Of a stretch of 64,000 nt of DNA, positions 12,539 to 21,308 are shown in pieces; positions within the stretch are counted from its first letter, which is position 1; each line of letters opens with the position of its first letter. The notes under the pieces are model-generated. The model was not told the origin of the DNA. It was given only the letters and a program-made list of their open reading frames with translations, and did not search any database. The position numbers were made by a program, and so were the translations under genes. Source of the stretch: Phoronis australis. Taxonomy: Eukaryota > Animalia > Phoronida. The stretch spans positions 325,846 to 389,845 of the forward strand of contig NMRA01000248.1 in NCBI GenBank assembly GCA_002633005.1. Reading direction: 5' to 3'.

Positions 12539-13209
12539 GAGCACCTTTTTCAAACACATGAACAATATGCATCCGTCCATCAACTTCACCAGTGAATCTG
12601 AGCACGAATCGTGTTTACCTTTTCTAGATGTCTCGGTTAAACGTGAGAATAGCACCGTTGTTACATCTGTGTATCGTAAGCCCAGTTTTTCTGGGCTTTG
12701 TCTTAAATTTGATAGTTTTGTACCGATCCGATACAAGAGAAGTCTAGTCAATTGCTTATTGGAGAATTTGTTCCACCAATTCAAGTTTTGATAGGGACGT
12801 AGCTAGGATTTTCCAGTTCTTGTGTGCCAATGGTTACCCTCTGAATTTTTTGAATAGCTGTAAACGGCACTTCCTTTCAAAAATGAATGAGGGGACCCTA
12901 GGAGAAGAAAGTTTTCTTTTCTCTTGTTTACATCGGGCCTAGTAGTATAAAATTGAAACGTCAATTATCTCGCATTATTCATTGCATAGACTAAGCCGTT
13001 GAACTGATAGTTCTTTTCAAACCTCTTCGGAAACTTTCCAGTATGCTAAACTGAAGTCACCCATCCCTTTATTGAACTTGAGCAATGTTGTTTATCAGGT
13101 TGAATGTGACAACTGTAAGGAGTTCTATATCGGACTCACACAGAGACGCCTCTGTGGCAGGCTGAAAGAACATCACACCTCAGAGAAAAGCAACATATAT
13201 AGGCATTGT

Positions 13210-14638
13210 CACGGGTGAGAAACAACATGAGCGCCGGTCCTCTAAATCGGACTGACTCACCCAAAACAGGATCGCCGGGGATCAAATGGGACCGCCGCAC
13301 CAGAAAATGGGACTGACGCACCTAAAAACATGACCGTCCCACCACAAAACAGGACCACCGGGGACTCAGTGAACATGACCGACGGACAAAATGTAGTTAT
13401 CAAGGCCTTTGTATGATAGTGCGGGTTATGACGTAACCGGTGAGCTAGCTGGGAAAAGACTCGCCAAAATAGAACTTGGTAGCACTGCGTTATTGAGCTC
13501 CATTACATTCCCGAAATTTCCCACAGCCCGGGTATAGTTCTGCTCGTCACCTCGTCACGTGAAACTTATATCAACATGTAGAGCTAGCGAACGGAGCAGG
13601 CGCATGCAGAATCTAGGAGTCATCAACACTCACCTTGCAAGTTGCAGCCGCTTGAGTGAAAAACAATGTAATGAGCACCATTTCTTTGCCTATTGTAACA
13701 AAAGTTTGTCGCGCTCGTGACATGAGCACGCGTCATTTCCTAAAATTTTGCGAGATCTTTCGGAAGATGATGACTCAACTAAGCAGCAGCACCGATTTGT
13801 TCTGAAATTCGGTTTGCTGGTATTAAAATACTAAAAACTTATTACGAAATGAAACCAGTTCCGATAATTTGTTGTGCCATGTACGCAACCTCGTAGAAGA
13901 GAAGAGCTGACTGAAGAATCAGTGAAAAATGGAACTGGTCAATGTTATTCGACCTAAAAGAACGCATACCAAGCAGAATAACGACAGAACGACAAATTTT
14001 CCCGGCGAGCGCCGATAAATAATTTAGTTTACTCTAGGAAGAGTGTCGTTAATAACATTAATTCGTTGAAGATTTTATTTGTGCATTGTTTTACCCACAT
14101 CGGCGCCAAGCTGTTTATTTAGTATACTGCTTTGCCGCACAAAGGCTAGTTATGATGCTTCACCCAAAAACCAGAACGCCCGTTTTAGGTTTTTTTTTCT
14201 TGACTAAAACGTCACATTGGAGAAAACGATTTTCATTTTGTTCTAAAACTTACGCAGTGGATAAAGTTATAATTATTTAGCTCAAAAGCGTGCAACGTGG
14301 TTGGTTTGTGGTTAAAACTCAAAAGCGCCGTGTGTTACAAAGCGAAGTTTCCTGTAGCGCACAAAAGATTTCGTTGGATTAATTGGCACAAGACCTGCAT
14401 ATGCATACGTATGTAGCTCCATTGTATGATCTGTGTAGGCCTACCGATAATAAATCTTAGCTTGTTTGTCATTGCAGTTTCAATCCCCGACGGTCATATC
14501 AGTCCCAGGCGGTCCTGTTTTCTGGTGGGGCGGTCATGTTGTTAGGTGCGTCAGTCCCATGTTCTGGGGCGACGGTCCTGTTTTGGGTGAGTCGGTCCGA
14601 TTTAAGAGGACCGGCGGTCATGCTGTTTCTCACCCGTG
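13210..14638. mobile_element. Non-autonomous Transib/CMC-like DNA transposon
   Basis: ~160-bp TIRs CACGGGTGAGAAACAACATG.../...CATGCTGTTTCTCACCCGTG; 5-bp TSD ATTGT/ATTGC. Excision restores the Penelope GIY-YIG frame NIYRHC-VSNSH. Confidence 0.85.
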
Positions 14639-14889
14639 ATTGCGTTAGCAACAGTCACCAAGCCAATTCAGTTAGTGTTATCTGCAGAGAAACTAATAAA
14701 GAATTACATGTACTGTACATTAAAGAGTCACTGGCCATTCAGAACCAGCATGCTACTGATTCTCTGATCAACATGCAGAGCTCAGCGACCCTGCAACTAT
14801 GGTGATGACCAGCTACTGACTACTCAGTATCTCTCACTTCACTTCATGGATGCCATCTGAGATGTATGTTGACACTTGTTGTCCTGTGT

Positions 14890-14932
14890 AAATATCCTGA
14901 TGATGTATAACGAATAGTCGAAACGTTGATTC
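14890..14932 (+). ncRNA. Minimal type I hammerhead ribozyme-like motif in the Penelope 3' end (degenerate stem II)
   Basis: ATC-CTGATGA(14897-14903)-TGTATAACGAATAGTC-GAAAC-GTT-GAT, ~90 nt downstream of the PLE stop codon, where PLE hammerheads usually lie. Confidence 0.65.
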
Positions 14933-14992
14933 AACATGAACTTCTTCATTTGTGCGGCGATCGTCTGGTTTTTAATCTTACTGTGGCCAAGA

Positions 14993-15987
14993 ACTGATTT
15001 AAGCTAAAGAAAGAACTTAACCGTTTAATTAAACTAACTATTGTTAACAAAAAATATTTCAAAATTGTTGAGGGTGATTTTAAGAAAGGATACTTGTACT
15101 GTAACCCTAAAACACATAAGCCTGGGTATCCACTAAGACCCATCATTTCTCAAGTGTTAACCCCTACCTATGAGATTGCTAAAACTCTAGAACAACTCAT
15201 CAAACAATACTTACCTCATAAGTACAATGTGAAATCTCGTGATGACGTTTTAGATTTATTAAGATCTATTGACGCAACGCCAAATTCCTATCCTATATCT
15301 CTTGACGTTGAAAGTTTATTTACTAACGTCCCTGTAGTCGAAATTGTGGAAATTATCATCTCTTTTATGTATAGCCATGTACCAATGGCTCCTCCAAGTA
15401 TTCCTAAAGAGGCATTATGGTATTTGCTGTTACTTTGTACTACAAAAGTACCATTTAGAAACATCAATGACACACTGTTTTTACAAACCGATGATGTATC
15501 CATGGGATCACCTCTTGAACCAACTTTTGCTGACTTTTACAAGTGCAACCTTGAAACTAAGGTTAACGATAGTCTTCAAGAAAAGCCGAACATGTACTGC
15601 AGGTATGTTGTTGATATTTTTGTGATTGTCAACCTTGATAAGCTGATGGAGATCAAACTGGCTTTAGAGCAAAATTCTGTATTAAAATTCACGCATGAAT
15701 TACCAGTTAGCAACAAGCTTCCGTTCCTAGACGTACTTATTGATTATGATGAATCTGCCATTAAAACCTCAGTACACAGGAAACCAACATATGATGGGGT
15801 TTGTTTACATGAAACCAGCCAATGTCCTCTGAGATATAAACTCTCTGTTTTGAAAAGCTTTTTGAAAAGAGCATATTCCGTTTGCTCAGACTGGGAAACC
15901 TTCAATACTGAGTGTAATTGCATCAAGCAAATTGTGATAAATAACGGTTACAGTAATAAATTTGTTGATGAGAATATGAAGATGTAG
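14993..15987 (+). mobile_element. Second Penelope-like RT fragment (297-aa ORF 15094-15987, YVDD mutated)
   Basis: YCNPKTHKPGYPLRPIISQV, SLDVESLFTNVP, VSMGSP, YCRYVVDIF, LKFTHE..LPFLDV, VHRKPT. Truncated where it meets an inverted related copy. Confidence 0.9.
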
Positions 15988-16291
15988 GTTAGGAATTTGG
16001 CGTTGCGTCAATAGATCTTAATAAATCTAAAAATTCATCACGAGATTTCACATTGTGCTTATAAGGTTAGTATTATTTAATAAGTTCATCTAATGTTTTA
16101 GCAATTTCATAGGTAAGGGTTAACACTAGAGAAATGATGGGTCTTAGTGGGTTTTAGGGTTACCGTACAAGTATCCTTCTGAAAAATCACCCTCAACAAT
16201 TTTGAAATACTGTTTGTGAACATTAGCTACTTTAATTAAACGGTTTAGCTCTTCCTTAAGATCATTTATGGGGTTATGATTTATACTTTCA

Positions 16292-16365
<74 letters not shown>

Positions 16366-16490
16366 TTCATTGAAGACATGACTTTGATCTGTTTTTACTA
16401 GTTTAATTTCAGTCCTTGCAAACTCTCTAAATAGAGATTTTGTCTTTACATCACAACAGTGCAATAAAAATCCAAACGACATCAGTAGGT
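15980..16490 (-). mobile_element. Inverted related Penelope fragment, (TA)n tract and PLE ORF N-terminus
   Basis: 15980-16265 is a diverged reverse complement of ~14995-15300; (TA)n at ~16295-16363; minus 16482-16364 reads MSFGFLLHCCDVKTKSLFREFARTEIKLVKTDQSHVFNE, resembling a PLE ORF start. Confidence 0.75.
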
Positions 16491-16500
16491 AACATAATTT

Positions 16501-18126
16501 AAATATAGATTATTACATTGCGAAGTCGTTATCCCCCGTTATCTAGAGCCCGAGTGGATTTTGGAGAATTATCGCCCGAGGGGCGTTAGCCCCGAGAGTG
16601 ATAATTCTCCAAAATCCACGAGGGCTCTAGATAACGGGGGATAACGGCTGAGAACATGTAATAATCTATTTATACCACATACTAAACGAGAAACATTGCA
16701 ATGAATCGATTTACATTTTCTGACTCTCCACGGCTTTGTAACTACTTTCTGTCAGAGGCCCGGGGTCGGAGGTCGTGACCTTTTAAGAAAAGCCCGGCTA
16801 TTTGTGTCAAATAATGCTTTTACTCAAAACCAATTGAAAACTTAAATATTATAGAAATAAATTGAATTCATAAAGTAAGGTTTACCAACTATTATAGCTT
16901 AAAACACGTTTTTTTCACGCTAAGCTTCGACCGGGAAATTATCGTCTGCTAAAGTAGGTTACCACTGGTAACTGAATATAATTCTCAAGTCAAAGATCCT
17001 GACGACAAGATACCCGCATTCAAACTAGAGATCGGTGATTTACAAGTAAGAGGACACGAGAGAAAAATTTTACCGAATTAAGATATCATTTTTATGTAAA
17101 TTATGTGTCTTATTTTTCGTAGCGCATAAGTACAGTACAATGTGGTTTGTTGAACGTGCGATTATTGCGCGTGCTCATTTAAGTATTCTATTTTCACTCT
17201 TGATGACGTCAGTCGCTACGTGGTGTAGTCGTAAAGTCGGCGACTAGCAATATTAGGGTCCCGGGTTCGACCCCGTCCTCGGTTTCCCGCCAAATCGTTA
17301 TCTCACTAGTGAGATAACTTTATGGGTTATTACACGGTTGCATTTGCCTTTTGACGCTAATATTGTGGTATAAATATAGATTATTACATGGCGAAGTCGT
17401 TATTCCCCGTTATCTAGAGCCCAAGTGGATTTTGGAGAATTATCGCCCGAGGGGCACATACCGAACGAGAAACATTGCAATGAATCGATCTACCTTTCTC
17501 GACTCGCCTCGGCTTTGTAACTACTTTCTATGTCAGAGGCCCGGGTCGGAGGTCGTGACCTTTTAAGAAAAGCCGAGCTATTTTTGTCAAATAGTGCTTA
17601 TATTCAAAACCAAAGTAGAAATAAAGTGAATCTATAAATTAAGGTTTAGCAACTATTATAGCTTACTACACATTTTATCATGCTAAGCTTCGACCGGGAA
17701 AATATCGTCTGCTAAAGTAGGTTACCAATAGTAACTGAGTATAATGCTTAAGTTAAAGGATCCCGACGACACGATACCCGCATTCAAATTGGAGATCGGT
17801 GATTTACAAGTGAGAGAACACGAGAGAAAACTTTCACTGAATTAAAATATTGTTTTTATGGAAATTATGCGTTTTATTTTTCATAGCGTATAAATGTCGG
17901 TGCAATGCTCTTTGCTGAACATGCGATTGTTGCGCGTGATCATTTAAGTATTCTATTTTTACGTTTGATGACGTCAGCCGCTGAGTGGTGTAGTGGTAAA
18001 GTCGGCGACTCAAAACGCTTGAGGCCCGGGTTCGAATCCCGCCAAAATGTTATCTCACTAGTGAGATAACTTTATGGGTTATTACACAGTTGTATCTGTT
18101 ATTTGAGGCTAGCAGTGTAGTATAAT
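16501..18126 (+). mobile_element. Head-to-tail dimer of a non-autonomous element with a terminal hairpin and internal tRNA-like module (Crypton-like)
   Basis: Units 16501-17371 and 17372-18126 are clearly homologous. Unit 1 has an ~85-bp-arm hairpin (16500-16673); unit 2 lacks the second arm. A/B-box-like segments at ~17214-17285 and ~17976-18045. Confidence 0.6.
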
Positions 18127-18254
18127 CTACAGATCATCTAAATAATGATAGAGTCCTTCGAGTTTCAGTTAGCTGCTCGTTCAAATTGGGTTTTTCAAAC
18201 ATTAGAAGCGACTCTAGTGTTCCTAACCTGTGTACATGATTTTCAATGTATCTA

Positions 18255-18457
18255 ATGAGTGGCGCGTGGCTCTTGCAAAATAGCACGGGAAGGTATCAGG
18301 TGAAATTTGTAAGATTTGTGTTCCTTGGACTTTTATTCGTCGACATGCTTCATTTTGCTTAACTTTCTCAAAATGGCAGAAACTCGAGCAAAACGCGACA
18401 GATTTTCATCGATTTGTTCAAATTATCTTGACTGAATCGTCTCCAAACTCAATTATG
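18255..18457 (+). pseudogene. Putative first coding exon of the fucosyltransferase (cytoplasmic tail + TM + stem), disrupted
   Basis: ATG 18255: MSGAWLLQNSTGRYQVKFVRFVFLGLLF, frameshift at ~18339, then STCFILLNFLKMAETRAKRDRFSSICSNYLD*(TGA 18433)IVSKLNY. Donor G|GTATGC at 18457/8 is phase 1, matching the 18761 acceptor. Confidence 0.55.
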
Positions 18458-18760
18458 GTATGCGTTAATTATAACCCCATGTGTATATATGCATGTTTCA
18501 TATGATTTTAGTTCCTGTATTTTGAAATTTGTAACTTTCTATGAGGATCCAATGTACTATCGCCCGTGCATCCAGGGCGATGTAGTTGCCTAGATCAAAG
18601 CATGAGTTGATAGGCCTATACTTCTTGATTTTCGATAAGTATGTTACTCAAGTTAGATCGAGGCCCATATTCTGTTATAAGTCCCAACACTTAAGAAAAT
18701 AACCATGAATGACAGAATAGTCTAGTCTCTCTAGTTTGAATTGTACGTTGTCGTTTACAG

Positions 18761-19863
18761 AGCTTCGTGAAGCTGCTGAAGAAATAGAAGAAAGGACACC
18801 CCTTTTTTCCGTTGACAGCGACACAATTAAGTATCCGCCAATGATTGCCAGGGACGAAACAAATCTCACCAATATACCGCTGATACTGTATTGGACCCCA
18901 TTCTTCGGCGGAGATTACGGTTACCTCAAGGACACAGCCTACTCGAAGATGCACTGCGGTGATTCTGTCATATGTGAAGTGACAACAGACCGGTCGAGGT
19001 TTCGCGATAGTTCCGCCTTGCTCATTCATCCAAGAGATGAAATGGTGCCGATACCATTGACTCGAAAACCATGGCAACGTCTGGTATTCTACTATCACGA
19101 ACCGCCTCAGCCGTTCTTAAACTTTCACAAATCCGTTGATCCGTCGGCATTTAATCTTACCATGACCTACAGAACTGATTCTGACATATACATGCCATAC
19201 GGGTTTTTTATCCGCTATAGGGCGTTTCCATTGAAGGTGGCAATCAATTACGCTACCGGTAAAACGAAACTAGTTATGTGGACTGTCAGCAATTGCAACG
19301 CGGCGTCACGCAGAGCAAACTATGTCAACCACTTACGCAAGTACATTCCCGTGGATGTTTACGGCCGCTGTGGCACGCAGCAGTGTACAAGGACAGGACA
19401 AACGTCTTGCTGGACGATAAGTAAGAAGTATAAATTCTACCTCGCTTTCGAAAGCTCGTATTCTATGGATTATATCACTGAAAAAGTTTATGATCGAATG
19501 ATGAACGGTCTGGTGCCGGTTGTAATGGGCGCGGTAGATTACAGCAAATTTCTCCCTGAAGGCAGCTACATCGATATTGCAGACTTCGCTTCGCCACGTG
19601 CATTGGCCGAGTACTTGTTGCAAGTCAACGCAGACGACAAACTTTACAGCTCGTATTTTGAGTGGAGAAACACTTATCAACTGAGCATGTCTCGCGCGCC
19701 GGCGTTCTGTCACCTGTGCGCAATACTGTCGTCGCCGCAACAGCAGTATAAGATGTACGCAAACATCAGAAGCTGGTGGTTCAACGGAACAAACGTCGGT
19801 CCGGACAAGGTGTATCCGAACTTGACTCAATATTTCCAAGAGGACAGGGGCACCCAGCAGTAG
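18761..19863 (+). CDS. Alpha-1,3-fucosyltransferase (GT10) stem/catalytic exon
   Basis: Acceptor TTTACAG at 18760; open frame with LILYWTPFF, QRLVFYYHEPP, FNLTMTYRTDSDIYMPYG, WTVSNC, YIPVDVYGRCG, YKFYLAFESSYSMDYITEK, VPVVMG, YSSYFEWR, FCHLC. Confidence 0.92.
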
Positions 19864-20385
19864 TCATGCATCATTAACACATTTACCATCTCGTTGTAGT
19901 TGGTCGGCCCTCCTGCTGGCACAGTTCAACACACGAATCGAGGCCTTTTGTTTGCCCAATGAAAAGGTTGAGCTAAATGGATAATTCTTTTCACTAGTTG
20001 AATTCTCAGTAGTTTACGATGAAATTTAGTTTGAATTTTGTGATTTTGTGTGAATTTTGGCTCGACCTAAATGTAGTTTCTCATTCGTCACTACGTCTAC
20101 AATACATAAGCCATGGTTTACCAATATATCCAAAATTCAGCAAGAGCGAAATTTTGCCATTTTTCATGATTTTCAGAAGCTCATATATATTAGCATGACA
20201 ATTGGTGGAAAATGAAAAGTATGCCATCGAAATATTTAAGCTTTCTCCTTTATATTGGTATCCGTTTCAACAAATGGGGGCATTCATGAATATTTTTAAA
20301 AATTGAAGTACTGCAGCACTTGAGAAGGGGATAAATTTTCAGTTGCTAAGTGGCCATTACTGAACCGATTTTAATGATATGTATA

Positions 20386-20536
20386 TCCAGGGGCGGATCC
20401 AGGATTAACCAGAGAAGAGTATTAGCTAGGATTTTGTCATTCAGACATTGGCACTCCCGATCTGCCAAAAGGAATCTGGGGGAATTTTGTGGGGGGTGGA
20501 TGTAGCCCTCTTGGCCCCCCTCTAAATCCGCTGTTG
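20386..20536. mobile_element. Short hAT-like MITE (related copy at ~11570-11710)
   Basis: CAGGGGCGGATCCAGGA...CCCCCTCTAAATCCGCTG; the internal AGGATTTTG.C..TCAGACATT.GCAC and GGGAATTTT segments are shared with 11570-11710. Confidence 0.55.
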
Positions 20537-21236
20537 ATGTTAAACTGCTAAAAAATTCTGCCTTAAGTGTACATTTTTATTTTTTTTTTTTTTGATAAAA
20601 GTATGGGAAAATGTAGTTTTTTAATTTAATGCCTTGTCAATTTTTAACCTGGAAAAATCCTGCAAATGTACTCTCAACGTGACAATTACTATCGTGTCCT
20701 AATCCATTCCTCATCAATTGTTTTCACTTCATCTAACCATTTCCATTTAGCAATACTTCCAAAAAAGGTAAATTCAGTCATTTTTCAAGAACTGTGCTGA
20801 CCTTTCCAGGATAAAAACTGAACTCAAATTTGATTGGTCAAATGGATTAAACAGAACCAGTCAAATCTTCCCTAAATTATATAAAGTGACCCAAATTGGT
20901 GAAATATTTTCATTTAAACAGTACAGAATGTTTTTAAAATTCAATATAACTTCAGTTTTAGGGATAGATTCAGTCTATTTTCTTCAAAAATAATTTTGTT
21001 ACACGTTTTCTACCTTGTGGTGGTGCTGTGATCAGTTTCATTTTTAAAAAAATATATTTTGCATTAGAATAATTGTTTATTCAATGCTGCAGTGCATCAA
21101 AACCGTTTAGAATATGAGTATGCTCTTTTTGGATGGTCACTAACACAACGCATCTCAATTCCTATATTATTTGATGCCGCTCATGGGATGTATGACTTAA
21201 CAGTTGGCTGAAAACAGTAATTACACAGATATTGGG

Positions 21237-21308
21237 TCCTCAGTAGCTCAGTGGTGAGAGCACTAGACCGGCAATCTAGAGACCTGTGGTTCGATTCCCA
21301 GTTGGGGT
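21237..21308 (+). repeat. tRNA-derived SINE / pseudo-tRNA (apparent anticodon GGC)
   Basis: Cloverleaf TCCTCAG-TA-GCTC/GAGC-A-CTAGA CCGGCAA TCTAG-...-CTG(T)GG TTCGATT CCCAG-TTGGGGT. C at position 33, a 1-nt bulge in the T-stem, and TTTTT just downstream. Confidence 0.7.

Larger units (their letters stand above)
11712..14940 (+). mobile_element. Penelope-like retroelement (RT + GIY-YIG) with inverted 5' part and two nested insertions
   Basis: Minus 11712-12110: IRPCGSQPTRLYGLPKTHKDGVPLRPI...LDVCSLFTNVP. Plus from ~12150: AMGSPLGPVLA, YRRYVDDTF, HPSINFT..CLPFLDV, VYRKP; GIY-YIG NVVYQVECDNCKEFYIGLTQRRLCGRLKEH; C-terminus YIKESLAIQ...LQLW* (stop 14805). Confidence 0.9.

Noticed and set aside
13210-13260. 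RSS-like / ProtoRAG terminal repeat
   Set aside because: CAC start and 5-bp TSD fit, but there is no nonamer-like element at 12/23 spacing and no RAG1/RAG2-like coding sequence inside.
17214-17285. Functional tRNA genes here and at ~17976-18045
   Set aside because: A/B boxes are present but the acceptor and anticodon stems do not pair; they are part of a repeat.
18433-18435. Selenocysteine or readthrough at the FucT exon-1 TGA
   Set aside because: It lies in a non-catalytic stem region, an upstream frameshift also disrupts the exon, and no SECIS was recognised.
19333-19839. 168-aa antisense ORF (also 18691-19098, 58853-59242, 54361-54747)
   Set aside because: Shadow ORFs opposite real coding sequence, with no independent motifs.
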